From Promethearchaeota archaeon (lineage in GTDB: Archaea; Asgardarchaeota; Lokiarchaeia; Sigyniarchaeales; SOKP01), in assembly GCA_048938895.1 (NCBI GenBank), contig JBHLLU010000035.1, forward strand, positions 1 through 41,176: a DNA stretch of 41,176 bases, read 5' to 3'. Of the stretch, positions 9,501 through 19,174 are shown piece by piece. Numbering within the stretch: the first letter of the stretch is position 1; each line of letters begins with the position of its first letter. The notes below the pieces were generated by a model that was not told the DNA's origin, did not search any database, and was given only the letters and a program-made list of their open reading frames with translations. The translations under genes were made by a program, and so were the position numbers.

Positions 9501-9607
9501 GATGCGGTACTTGTGGAGCACAGTGCCCTAATTCCACAATTGTTATTAAACATTTTGGATTTGAACAAATCCATGCTATGATCTCTGCATTATTAACCCC
9601 TAGTTAA
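6566..9607 (+). CDS. hdrA: Long double-FAD HdrA-like protein (Cys form)
   Basis: Two GGGxxG motifs, DKTFPTNDCAIC, internal CHCG..SCTPRTHE domain, two CxGSR/YCSxxCC modules and ferredoxin motifs. Confidence 0.9.
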   Translation: MEKIGAVLVIGGGIAGIQTSIDLADSGFKVYLAESTTSIGGVMSQLDKTFPTNDCAICILAPKLVQTGRHENIDILINSSIEKIDGKPGNFLVDLTQKTLRLDQNKCTGCGLCAQECPIEAIDYFNEKFSNKAAISVKFPQAVPLVYSINREKCIGCGICKGICKAKAIDYELQNIELTLNVGAVVVAVGFDEYDPTPLKQYGYGKYLNVITSIEFERILSASGPHSGLILRPSDGIIPRKIAFLHCIGSRDRKQGIEYCSSVCCMYTTKEAVIAKEHMNIVEPTIFTMDIRAFGKDFDKYIERARDEYGVRYIRRRISFLKEDPNTKNLKVYYEMENGRIVEEVFNLVILSVGMQPNNQAKELAKKLNFELNEYGFCKTDTFSPVETSRPGIYVCGAFSSPKDIPETVIEASAAAGRVNVLLSEARNKLISKKELPAEIDVSHQPPRIGVFICHCGINIGGVVDVPGVVEYVKTLPNVVYAEHNLYTCSADTQTNIKEKITKNNLNRVIVASCTPRTHEPLFQATIREVGLNKYLFEMVNIRDQCSWVHMHEPELATAKSKDLLRMSIAKASQLIPLQEQEISVINKGLIIGGGVSGMSAALNLATQGFEVFLIEKEDSLGGIAKNLYITLEKDDIQEYIKNLIEEVENNPLIQVYKNTQINSISGYIGNFTTNISYQNRKKSIDLDHGIIIVATGAKEYHPTEYNFGSDQRIITQTEFEKLMYTTDKINGLKSIVMIQCVGSRNEDHPYCSRICCSEAIKNALKAKEINPDIEIVVLYRDIRTYGFKEKYYNLARDRKVIFVRFDESNPPDLKIKNKQVKIIVNNPDLGELELNPDLIVLSTGLVAPIEENEDLAKMLKVPLNEDKFFLEAHVKLRPIDFATDGIYLCGCAHSPKNIRESIAQSYGAAAQAVKILSAEKIVTSGLVAAVIEENCIGCGSCLEVCQFNAIELIEKEKDFEDFTFVIKKSHINPALCKGCGTCGAQCPNSTIVIKHFGFEQIHAMISALLTPS

Positions 9608-9625
9608 ATTTGGAGGCATTAGTTT

Positions 9626-10057
9626 ATGTCAAAATCAAAAAAGAAAGCAATCAAAAAGGATTTTCACCCAAACATCTTAGGTTTTTGTTGCAACTGGTGT
9701 AGTTATGCCGGAGCAGATTTAGCAGGAGTTTCACGATTTCAATATCCGGCTACTATTAGAATAGTACGTGTAATGTGTTCTGGTAGAGTAGATCCTGCTT
9801 TCATTTTAGAGGCGTTTAAAGATGGTATTGATGGGGTAATTGTAACCGGTTGTCATATCGGTGACTGTCATTATTTAAAAGGAAATGAATTTGCACGAGA
9901 CAGATTCGAACGTTTCAAAGATGTTTTAAAAATTTTCAATCTTGAGAAACGTTTTAGACTTGAATGGGTAAGTGCCTCTGAAGGAAAGAGATTTTCAGAA
10001 GTGATTACAGAATTTACTAACCAAATAAAGGAACAAGGGCCTTTAAAAACACTTTAA
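9626..10057 (+). CDS. mvhD: MvhD [2Fe-2S] subunit (Cys form)
   Basis: CCNWCSYAGADLAG, MCSGRVD, GCHIGDCHY, WVSASE. SD GGAGG upstream. Confidence 0.92.
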   Translation: MSKSKKKAIKKDFHPNILGFCCNWCSYAGADLAGVSRFQYPATIRIVRVMCSGRVDPAFILEAFKDGIDGVIVTGCHIGDCHYLKGNEFARDRFERFKDVLKIFNLEKRFRLEWVSASEGKRFSEVITEFTNQIKEQGPLKTL

Positions 10058-10283
10058 CATATGAATAATTAAATTAATTTCTCATTCTATAAAGATATGA
10101 AAAGGTAAATTCAGCGTCTGATTTCAATGAAAATTCCTTTGAAAAAACTAAACTGAAACTAATGGTAATGAAGGTACAATGAAATATTAAAGATATTTAT
10201 CATAAATGAACTTATGTAAATATATTAGTCAAACTCATTTGTCAGGGTAAGAACAAATATTAACAATAAAAAGGTGAAACAGA

Positions 10284-10982
10284 TTGGATTTAAATGAAGA
10301 AATTCATCATAAGTTAATCTCTAAAGGCGCTTCAATAGTAGGTTTTGCAGATTTAGAAAATGTATCCTATCAAATAAGAAATGATCTAAGGTATGGTATA
10401 GTCATAGGAATAAAGTTAAATCCAAAGGTTATAAAAAAAATTAATCCAGGACCAAGCTTGGAATATTATAATGAATATTGCTATGTAAATGAAAGATTAA
10501 ATGAAATTGGTGATTATACGGAAGTACTTCTAAAAAGTAAAGGATATGATGCCTTTTCTAAAAGTCAAAAAAATATTTTTATAGATCAAAATACTAAAAG
10601 AACAGATTTACCTCATAAAACTGTTGCTACAAGAGCAGGTCTTGGATGGATTGGGAAATGTGCTTTGTTAATTACAGAACAATTTGGTGCTGCAATTCGT
10701 TTTACTACTGTATTAACAAATGCTGAGATAAAGGTAGGGAGACCAATAAATAGTTCGAAATGTGGTGAGTGTGAAGAATGTAAAAAGATCTGCCCTGCAG
10801 AAGCAGTTAGAGGATATAATTGGGATATAAATCTGGAGAGAGATACCTTTTTTGAAGCCTTAAAATGTCGAGATAAAATCATTGAAAGGGGAGAAAAATT
10901 AAAATTAAGAGAGGGTATGTGTGGTTTATGTATCTATATATGTCCATGGACACAAAAATATCTAAAGAATATTGAGGATTAG
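10284..10982 (+). CDS. QueG/reductive-dehalogenase-like cobalamin-FeS protein (epoxyqueuosine reductase family)
   Basis: HKTVATRAGLGWIGK..LLIT..FG..IR..TVLT, CGECEECKKICP and CGLCIYICPW. TTG start after AGGTG. Confidence 0.75.
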   Translation: MDLNEEIHHKLISKGASIVGFADLENVSYQIRNDLRYGIVIGIKLNPKVIKKINPGPSLEYYNEYCYVNERLNEIGDYTEVLLKSKGYDAFSKSQKNIFIDQNTKRTDLPHKTVATRAGLGWIGKCALLITEQFGAAIRFTTVLTNAEIKVGRPINSSKCGECEECKKICPAEAVRGYNWDINLERDTFFEALKCRDKIIERGEKLKLREGMCGLCIYICPWTQKYLKNIED

Positions 10983-11023
10983 ACATAGGGTTCAAGATCT
11001 TATTTTTCTATCGTTTTTGAGGA

Positions 11024-11032
11024 TTTTTTTTT
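11024..11032 (+). terminator. Oligo-T archaeal terminator candidate
   Basis: T9 run about 40 nt after the stop at 10982. Confidence 0.35.
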
Positions 11033-11387
11033 CCTTTATTTTAAAAATGGAAAAATCTCTATGAATTCAGTTTCTGGTAGAATGAACCTACATTTTGCAA
11101 ATTTTCGTAAATTTCAACTTGATTATTGATCAATTCTGATCATTTTAAAAATTATATAATAGGTTTAAACAATAATCCTCTCATTTCTTATCATTAATTA
11201 ATATAATGTAAATGATAGAAAATAAATGACTTTGGAAAGTATCTAAATCCATTATTCCAATATTAAATAACTATCGAGATCGATCCCCTCTACAAAAAAA
11301 ACTATCAGAAACAAGCAAAAAGTAACAAATGACCAGAAAAAACTGTTAAACATGACCAATTACGAAAAAACCAAATTGGTAAACATT

Positions 11388-11405
11388 TGAGAATGATCAT
11401 TCACA
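11388..11405. promoter_or_regulatory. Palindrome TG-A-GAATGATCATTC-A-CA, candidate operator upstream of the third hdrA
   Basis: 12-bp perfect core at 11391-11402, about 45 bp upstream of the TATA-like TTTATATA (about 11447). Confidence 0.4.
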
Positions 11406-11536
11406 AAGTTGAAAATGCATGACCTTGATCATTTCTCATAAAAAAATTTATATAATTTTATATCCTTATTATTTATTCAACAGAGAAAAAGATACAGATA
11501 ACCAACTCTCGTCAAAAAAAAAAGAAGTGTTAAATT

Positions 11537-14500
11537 ATGGAAGGATCAGTATTAGTTATTGGTGGAGGGATTGCTGGGATTCAAACGTCTTTAGATTTAA
11601 CTGAATTAGGTTTTAAAGTTTATTTAGTGGAAAAAACACCTTCAATTGGAGGAAGGATGGCTCAACTTGATAAAACATTTCCTACAAATGATTGTAGTTT
11701 ATGTATACTTGCTCCTAAAATGGTGGAGGTATTTAGAAATCCAAATATTGAATTGATGACATATCACGAGGTCCAAAAGGTTTCTGGAAAGCTTGGAAAT
11801 TTTGAGGTTTCAATTCTTAAGAAACCTCGATATATTGATGAAACTAAATGTAAGGGATGTGGGGAATGTGCAACTAAATGTCCAAAGATAGAATTTCCTA
11901 ACATTTTTGATATGAATTTAAGTAAAAGGAAGTCTGTGTATATCCCTTTTCCTCAAGCAGTTCCTCCTGTTTACTTAATTGATCCGGAATTATGCTTAAA
12001 GCTTACTAAAGGAGTGTGTGGGGTTTGTGAGAAAGTGTGCGAGGCGGAAGCAATTAATTATGAACAGAAACCTTTAGAAATTAAAATAAATGTCGGTGCG
12101 ATTGTTGCAGCCACTGGATTTGATATGTATGGCCAGGAATTAAGCTCAAGATGGGGTTATAAATTTAAAAATGTAGTAAATGCATTAGAATATGAGCGTA
12201 TGTTATCTGCTTCAGGACCATTTGGGGGTCATATTCTGCGTCCCAGTGATGGAAAAGAGCCAGAAATAATTGCATTTATTCAATGTGCAGGATCGAGAGA
12301 TTTACGTGAGGGAATTCCTTATTGCTCTAGTGTATGTTGCATGTATACAGCAAAAGAAGCAATTATAACTCGAGAGCATTCAGAAAACTCAAAATGTTTT
12401 GTGTTTAGACATGATGTTAGAGCTTATGGTAAAAATTTCTATGAATTTACTCAAAGAGCTCAAGAAGAATATGGTGTAAAATATTTCCAGACTAAAGTAA
12501 GTAGAATCATAGAAGAACCACAGACAAATGACTTAGTTATACATTATGAAGATCTTAAAACAGGTAAATTCAAAAACTTTCATGCAAATTTGGTTGTATT
12601 AGCTTCACCACTTATCCCGTCAGTAGGAACCACAGAATTAGCTAAAATATTAGATATTGAATTGGATGATTATAATTTCTTTAAAGAAAAATCATATTTT
12701 AATAAATCTTTATCTTCTAAAGAAGGAATTTATTTAGCTGGTTTCTGTCAGGGTCCAATGGATATACCAGAAACCGTAGCTGATGCCAGTGGAGTTGCTT
12801 CACAGGTGGCAACCATGCTTAATTCTTATAAATTTACTGAAACTAAAAAAGAAATTTATAAAATCCCTGAAAAAATGGTTCAAGAAGCAGATCTACCAAG
12901 AATTGGGGTTCTCATCTGTCATTGTGGCATCAATATTGGAAAATATATTGATATCCCTCAAGTTATTGAAAATATAAAAAAATTGCCTAATGTAGTTTTT
13001 TGTGAAGATAATATGTATTCTTGTAGTTCAGATTCTCAAGAAAGAATCAAAGAAGTAATAAGTGAATACGATTTGAATAGATTTATTGTAGCTTCTTGTA
13101 CACCAAGAACTCATGAATCTTTATTTCAGGAAACTTGTCAAGAAGCAGGATTAAATAAGTACTTATTTGAGATGGTTAATATTCGAGATCAATGTAGTTG
13201 GGTTCATATGACCGAAAAGGAGCTTGCAACTGAAAAGGCAATTGATTTGATAAGAATGGGTGTGGCTAAATCTAGGTTACTCAAACCACAAGAAGAGAAG
13301 GCATTACAAATCACTCAAACTGCATTGGTAATTGGTGGAGGAATCTCTGGAATGACTGCCGCCATAAATATTGCAAATCAAGGATTCTTAGTATATCTTA
13401 TAGAAAAAGAGCAATATTTAGGTGGGAATTTAAAGTATTTAAATATGCTTTACCCTACTCAAGAAGATGCATCAATTTTATTAAATAAAACTATAGAGAA
13501 GGTTAAGAAAAATAAACGAATCCAAATCTTTACAAATTCTAAAATAAAAGACGTAAAGGGATATATAGGAAATTATAATGTGCAAATTCTAGATGTAGAT
13601 AAGCAAATCCATGATTTAGAAATAGGTACTATTATTGTTGCTACAGGAGGTAAAGAATTAACTCCTAATGAGTTTTTTGATTATAAATATTCAAATCATA
13701 ATGTTATCACTCAATTACAACTAGAAACAAAATTAAAAGATGAGGACAATTCATGGCTTGACAATCTTAATCATATTACAACACTTCTATGCGTTAATGC
13801 AAGACAAAATGATGGAATAACTTATTGTTCAAATATTTGTTGTGAAAGTGCTATTAAAAATATTAATCTTCTTAAAGAATTAAAACAGGATCTTAAATTG
13901 ATAGTTTTATATAGAGATCTCCAAATGGCAAAAAAGGAATTTGAAAAATATTATCGTGAACGACGAAAAGACGCTATGTTTTTAAGATATGATTTAAATG
14001 ATCCCCCTATAATTAAAGAAAGAGATAAGGGAAAGAGTAAATTTGAAATTCAGGTTTTTGACACTAACCTACAGGATAAAATTAAATTTAACACAGATTT
14101 AATTGTATTATCGACACCAATGATTCCTGCTGATAATTTAGATGAGCTTGCCAAAATGCTTAAAGTCCCCTTAGACAAAAATGGATTTTTTCTTGAGGCC
14201 CATGTGAAATTAAGACCTTTAGATTTTGCTACAGAAGGGATATTCTTATGTGGGTGTGCACATTGGCCAAAAAATATACAAGATTCGATATCACAGGCAA
14301 ATGGCGCTGCAGGGAGGGCCTGTAGGTTTTTAAGTGCTGGGGAAATCACAACATCTGGATTAATAGCAGAGATAAATCAAGAATTATGCATCGGATGTGG
14401 AGCTTGCCAGGATACATGTTCCTATAATGCCATAGAACTTTCTAGTTCTCTTAAAGAATTTGAAGAAGTTAGTTTGCCTATTAAAAAATCTTCTGTTAAT

Positions 14501-14617
14501 TCGGGATTATGCAAAGGTTGTGGGACCTGTGCTGTTAATTGTCCAGTTGGAGCAATTTCTATCAAACATTACAATTTTGAACAAATTAACGCTATGATTA
14601 GAACATTAGCAATGTAA
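11537..14617 (+). CDS. hdrA: Long double-FAD HdrA-like protein (Cys form)
   Basis: Same architecture as 6566-9607: DKTFPTNDCSLC, QCAGSR, CHCG, SCTPRTHE, EAHVKLRP and a C-terminal ferredoxin. Confidence 0.9.
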   Translation: MEGSVLVIGGGIAGIQTSLDLTELGFKVYLVEKTPSIGGRMAQLDKTFPTNDCSLCILAPKMVEVFRNPNIELMTYHEVQKVSGKLGNFEVSILKKPRYIDETKCKGCGECATKCPKIEFPNIFDMNLSKRKSVYIPFPQAVPPVYLIDPELCLKLTKGVCGVCEKVCEAEAINYEQKPLEIKINVGAIVAATGFDMYGQELSSRWGYKFKNVVNALEYERMLSASGPFGGHILRPSDGKEPEIIAFIQCAGSRDLREGIPYCSSVCCMYTAKEAIITREHSENSKCFVFRHDVRAYGKNFYEFTQRAQEEYGVKYFQTKVSRIIEEPQTNDLVIHYEDLKTGKFKNFHANLVVLASPLIPSVGTTELAKILDIELDDYNFFKEKSYFNKSLSSKEGIYLAGFCQGPMDIPETVADASGVASQVATMLNSYKFTETKKEIYKIPEKMVQEADLPRIGVLICHCGINIGKYIDIPQVIENIKKLPNVVFCEDNMYSCSSDSQERIKEVISEYDLNRFIVASCTPRTHESLFQETCQEAGLNKYLFEMVNIRDQCSWVHMTEKELATEKAIDLIRMGVAKSRLLKPQEEKALQITQTALVIGGGISGMTAAINIANQGFLVYLIEKEQYLGGNLKYLNMLYPTQEDASILLNKTIEKVKKNKRIQIFTNSKIKDVKGYIGNYNVQILDVDKQIHDLEIGTIIVATGGKELTPNEFFDYKYSNHNVITQLQLETKLKDEDNSWLDNLNHITTLLCVNARQNDGITYCSNICCESAIKNINLLKELKQDLKLIVLYRDLQMAKKEFEKYYRERRKDAMFLRYDLNDPPIIKERDKGKSKFEIQVFDTNLQDKIKFNTDLIVLSTPMIPADNLDELAKMLKVPLDKNGFFLEAHVKLRPLDFATEGIFLCGCAHWPKNIQDSISQANGAAGRACRFLSAGEITTSGLIAEINQELCIGCGACQDTCSYNAIELSSSLKEFEEVSLPIKKSSVNSGLCKGCGTCAVNCPVGAISIKHYNFEQINAMIRTLAM

Positions 14618-14777
14618 TCCTAAATTTTATAAAATTAACCTTTTTCATATTACTCAAGATAGGATCTTCTCACGTGACAATTGGATTATGAAACCTAATC
14701 AGAAAAAATAAATGGTTTCCTTTTTTTTCCTATGCAACCTAGGTTCAAATTATTAAGTCTCGAATAAACTTAAAAAA

Positions 14778-16058
14778 GTGAATGATATTACTGAGATTGA
14801 AAAAGTAGAAGATTCAAAAGAACTTAGTAATGAAAATAAATCCTATCTTGAAAAAATTTATGAACCAGATATAAGAAAATTATTATATCGTTGCTATCAA
14901 TGCGTTCGTTGCAGTGGTATTTGCCAACTTAGCCGAGTCCAAAGTTTTGAGCCAAGCAAGATAATTCAATTGATTTTAGAAGGATTTGAAGATAAAATTA
15001 TTGATAGTGGTATTTTGTGGGATTGTCTTACATGTAATGCATGTCTTCAGAACTGTCCTGAAGGAATTAATTTTGCAGACATAGTAAGAATGGCAAAATA
15101 TAAAATGAGAACGTCTAAAGGACAAAATCCAGATGAATATATAGCACATAAAGCAGTTTATACAACTATTTCGGAGATTATGAGTGATCCTCATATAAAG
15201 CCGCAAAGATCGCTCGAATGGGTCCCTAAAGAATGTAAAATCTCAGATCAAGGTAATATTTTATATTATGTTGGTTGTTTACCATATTTTAATTTCGAGT
15301 TCGAAAACTCAGATTCAATAGCACAGAGTACCTTAAAAATTCTATGTCAAGTCGAAAATGAACCAATTGCAGTTCTTAAAGATGAAATTTGTTGCGGGCA
15401 TGATTTATATTGGGGTCAAGGAAAACTTAACACCTTTATTGATCTTGCCAAAAAGAACATCAAAAGAATTGAACAAACTGGAGCTACTACAATTGTTACT
15501 GCCTGTGCTGAATGCTATCGAACGCTTAAAGTGGATTATCAAGATCTATTTGATGATTTCAACACAAAATTTGAAGTTAAACATTTGATTGAATATATCT
15601 ACGAGAATTGGAAGAATAACAAGATTGAATTCAAGAATCCCAGTAAACAAGAGGAACCAATTCCTTTTACTTATCATGATCCCTGCCGTTTGAGTAGATT
15701 CTTGCCTAAAGATAGTAAAATTATTGAAAACGTACGTGAAATATTCTCACATTTAAAAGATTTGGGTTATAAATTTAATGAAATGGCTCATAATAAGACC
15801 GAAGCTCTATGTTGTGGAGTAAGTTCTTGGATGAATTGTAATGATCGCTCTAAAGCCTTGCGATACAAGCGATTGTTAGAGGCAAAAGATGTAGGAGAAA
15901 TTATGGTTACTTCATGCCCAAAATGTAAAATGCATTTATCCTGTTTACAAAATGATTATGAGGATATTTCATCAATTGAGATTGTAGATTTCTCAGAATT
16001 TTTGGTAAATTTAATAAGTTTAAAAGACCCCGAAGTAAAAGAGGAGGAAGACCAATAA
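14778..16058 (+). CDS. HdrD-like (HdrC-HdrB fusion) Fe-S oxidoreductase, paralogue of 5295-6566
   Basis: Shared blocks CYQCxRCSGxCQ, KDEICCGHDLYWGQ, IPFTYHDPCRLSRFLPKD and SWMNCN. TAATG overlap with the next gene. Confidence 0.85.
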   Translation: MNDITEIEKVEDSKELSNENKSYLEKIYEPDIRKLLYRCYQCVRCSGICQLSRVQSFEPSKIIQLILEGFEDKIIDSGILWDCLTCNACLQNCPEGINFADIVRMAKYKMRTSKGQNPDEYIAHKAVYTTISEIMSDPHIKPQRSLEWVPKECKISDQGNILYYVGCLPYFNFEFENSDSIAQSTLKILCQVENEPIAVLKDEICCGHDLYWGQGKLNTFIDLAKKNIKRIEQTGATTIVTACAECYRTLKVDYQDLFDDFNTKFEVKHLIEYIYENWKNNKIEFKNPSKQEEPIPFTYHDPCRLSRFLPKDSKIIENVREIFSHLKDLGYKFNEMAHNKTEALCCGVSSWMNCNDRSKALRYKRLLEAKDVGEIMVTSCPKCKMHLSCLQNDYEDISSIEIVDFSEFLVNLISLKDPEVKEEEDQ

Positions 16059-19000
16059 TGGAGGGTTCAGTTTTAGTAATTGGTGGAGGAATCGCAGGTA
16101 TTCAAATCTCTTTGGATTTAACAGAGTTAGGATTTAAAGTGTATTTAGTTGAAAAGTCACCTTCAATTGGAGGAAGAATGGCTCAGTTGGATAAAACTTT
16201 TCCAACATTAGATTGTTCATTATGTATCCTCGCTCCCAAAATGGTTGAGGTTTATCGTAATCCTAACATTGAATTAATGACGTATCATGAGGTTCTTCAA
16301 CTTGAGGGTCAACCAGGAGATTTTACTGCTAAAATCCTGAAAAAACCAAGATACATTGATGAATCGAAATGCAAAGGATGTGGAGAATGTGCAAACAAAT
16401 GCCCAAAAATCCTAGCACCTAATCTCTTTGAAATGGATATTGGAAAACGAAAATCTGTATATATTCCATTTCCCCAAGCTGTACCTCCTATATACTTAAT
16501 TGATTCAGAGATGTGTTTATATTTAACAAAGGGAGTATGCCAAGTATGTAAAAAAGCATGCCCTGCTGATGCCATAGATTTTGAACAAAAAGCAGAAGAA
16601 TTTGAAATTAAAATTGGTGCCGTGGTTGTCGCAACAGGATATGAAATGCCTGCTGAAAAGTTATCTTCTAGATGGGGATATCGATTCGAAAATGTTGTAA
16701 GTGCTCTTGAGTATGAAAGAATACTATGTGCATCTGGTCCTTTTGGGGGTCATGTTAAACGATTAAGTGATGATAAAGAACCAGAGATTATTGCTTTTGT
16801 TCAGTGCGCCGGTTCTCGAGATCTTCATGAAAATGTCCCTTTTTGTTCTAGCGTTTGTTGCACATATACCGCAAAACAAGCAATAATAACCCAAGAACAT
16901 TCAGATAATTCACAATGTTATGTATTTCGGCATGATATAAGAGCTTACGGTAAAAATTTCTATGAATTTACTCAACGAGCCCAAGAAGAATATGGTGTGA
17001 AATATTTTCAATCTAAGATAAGTACAATCGAAGAAGATCCTGAAACAAACGATTTAATTATACGATATGAAGATCTTAAAACAGGAGAATTTAAAGATTT
17101 TAGAGCCAATCTTGTTGTGTTAGCATCACCACTTGTACCATCCAAGGGTGTTAAAGAATTAGGAAAAGCTCTTGATATCGAGTTAGATAAATATAATTTT
17201 TTCCAAGAGACATCATATTTTGATAAATTAAAATCTACTAGATCAGGGGTGTACTTATGTGGATTCTGTCAGGGACCAATGGATATTCCAGAAACAGTTG
17301 CCGATGCCAGTGGTGTTGCAGCACAAATAGCTGATTTACTTAGTTCTGTTAAATACACTCAAATGAAGGAAAAAGTTTTTGATGTACCTGAAAAAGAAGT
17401 AAAAATTACTGATGAACCCAGAATTGGTGTAATGGTTTGTCACTGCGGAATAAATATAGGAAACTATGTTGATGTACCAAGAGTTGTAGAATATGTAAAA
17501 AAACTTCCAAATGTAATAGTATGTGAAAATAATCTTTATTCTTGTTCTTCAGATTCCCAAATTAGAATTAAGGAACTAATTGCTGAACACAACTTAAACA
17601 GATTTATTGTAGCCTCATGTACTCCAAGAACGCATGAATCTTTATTTCAGGAGACATGTCAAGAAGCAGGGTTAAATAAATACTTATTTGAATTAGTGAA
17701 TATTAGAGACCAGTGCTCTTGGGTTCACATGAACGAAAAAGAAGCTGCTACAGAGAAAGCTATAGATCTAATCAGAATGCACATTGCTAAATCTAGACTA
17801 TTAAAACCCCAAAAAGAAGATAAAATTGATATTACTCATACAGCATTGGTAATTGGTGGGGGCATATCTGGAATGACTGCTGCCTTAAACACAGCAAATC
17901 AAGGGTTTAAAACTATTATTGTAGAGAAAGATAGTGAGTTAGGTGGAAACTTAAGGTTTTTAAATGTGCTTTATCCTGTTCATAAAAATGCGGTAGAATT
18001 GTTAAATGAAACAAAGGAGACAATAGAAAAGCATAGTCTCATTCAAGTATTCCTTAATGCTAAAATTGCTGATATCAAAGGGTATGTTGGGAATTATGAT
18101 GTTGTAATTAATGATTCTAACAATGAGTCTCACAATACAAAAGTAGGTACGATTATTGTCGCCACTGGAGGTCAAGAACATAAACCAAAAGGACTTTTTG
18201 AGTATGAGGAAAAAAATAAAAATGTATTAACTCAATTAGAGTTAGAACAAAAATTAAAAGATAAAGATACTTCTTGGCTAGACCAAATCAATCGAGTAAC
18301 TATAATTTTATGTGTTAATGCTCGACAAAAAGAAGGGATAACTTATTGTTCCAACATATGTTGCGCCACCTCACTTAAAAACGTAAGAATTTTAAAGGAA
18401 CTGAAACCTGATTTAGAAATTGTCGTCCTTTACCGAGATCTGCAGATGGCTAAAAAAGAGTTCGAAGAATACTACCGTGATCGTCGAAAGGATGCAATTT
18501 TTCTCAGATATGACTTGGATAAACTACCAGAAATAAAGAGGAAGAAGGGAACTCCAGAGAAGTATCAGATAAAAGTATATGACACTAATTTAAAAGAAAC
18601 TATTGACCTTGATACAGATTTTTTAATTCTTTCAACACCAATGGTTCCTTCAGATAATCTAAAAGAATTAGCCATGATGCTGAAAGTTCCATTGGATAAG
18701 AACGGTTTCTTTTTAGAAGCACATGTTAAATTGCGACCTTTAGATTTCGCTACAGACGGGATATTTCTATGTGGTTGTGCTCAATGGCCAAAAAACATAC
18801 AAGATTCAATTTCACAAGCAAATGGTGCAGCTGGTAGAGCAAGTAGATTCCTTAGTGCTGATAAAATTACCACATCTGGATTAGTAGCAGAAGTTTCTGA
18901 AGAGAAATGTATTGGTTGTGGAAAATGCGAAGAAGTATGCCCTTATAAAGCAATTAGCTTAGTAGAAATAACTAAAGAATTCGAAGATATTAAATTGATT

Positions 19001-19165
19001 GTCACAAAATCATCCATCAATGCTGCCGTATGTAAAGGATGTGGAACTTGTGCTGCAACATGCCAAGTTGGAGCTATTATGGTGAAACATTATGATTTTG
19101 ATCAGATTAACACTATGATTGATTCTTATTTATTAGAAAAGGAGGAAATTAAAAACGGATTGTAG
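16058..19165 (+). CDS. hdrA: Long double-FAD HdrA-like protein (Cys form), close paralogue of 11537-14617
   Basis: Near-identical N-terminus MEGSVLVIGGGIAGIQ and the same motif set. Confidence 0.9.
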   Translation: MEGSVLVIGGGIAGIQISLDLTELGFKVYLVEKSPSIGGRMAQLDKTFPTLDCSLCILAPKMVEVYRNPNIELMTYHEVLQLEGQPGDFTAKILKKPRYIDESKCKGCGECANKCPKILAPNLFEMDIGKRKSVYIPFPQAVPPIYLIDSEMCLYLTKGVCQVCKKACPADAIDFEQKAEEFEIKIGAVVVATGYEMPAEKLSSRWGYRFENVVSALEYERILCASGPFGGHVKRLSDDKEPEIIAFVQCAGSRDLHENVPFCSSVCCTYTAKQAIITQEHSDNSQCYVFRHDIRAYGKNFYEFTQRAQEEYGVKYFQSKISTIEEDPETNDLIIRYEDLKTGEFKDFRANLVVLASPLVPSKGVKELGKALDIELDKYNFFQETSYFDKLKSTRSGVYLCGFCQGPMDIPETVADASGVAAQIADLLSSVKYTQMKEKVFDVPEKEVKITDEPRIGVMVCHCGINIGNYVDVPRVVEYVKKLPNVIVCENNLYSCSSDSQIRIKELIAEHNLNRFIVASCTPRTHESLFQETCQEAGLNKYLFELVNIRDQCSWVHMNEKEAATEKAIDLIRMHIAKSRLLKPQKEDKIDITHTALVIGGGISGMTAALNTANQGFKTIIVEKDSELGGNLRFLNVLYPVHKNAVELLNETKETIEKHSLIQVFLNAKIADIKGYVGNYDVVINDSNNESHNTKVGTIIVATGGQEHKPKGLFEYEEKNKNVLTQLELEQKLKDKDTSWLDQINRVTIILCVNARQKEGITYCSNICCATSLKNVRILKELKPDLEIVVLYRDLQMAKKEFEEYYRDRRKDAIFLRYDLDKLPEIKRKKGTPEKYQIKVYDTNLKETIDLDTDFLILSTPMVPSDNLKELAMMLKVPLDKNGFFLEAHVKLRPLDFATDGIFLCGCAQWPKNIQDSISQANGAAGRASRFLSADKITTSGLVAEVSEEKCIGCGKCEEVCPYKAISLVEITKEFEDIKLIVTKSSINAAVCKGCGTCAATCQVGAIMVKHYDFDQINTMIDSYLLEKEEIKNGL

Positions 19166-19174
19166 GTGATACTC

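Noticed and set aside
11352-11382. AUGA-CCAAUU/AAUUGG-UAA hairpin as a second SECIS
   Set aside because: Short stem, lies upstream of the likely TATA box of a Cys-only gene, and has no UGA-containing gene nearby. Kept only as part of the promoter motif array.
11419-11604. 61-aa ORF overlapping the third hdrA start
   Set aside because: Runs through the TATA-like AT-rich promoter and out of frame into hdrA, with no recognisable features.
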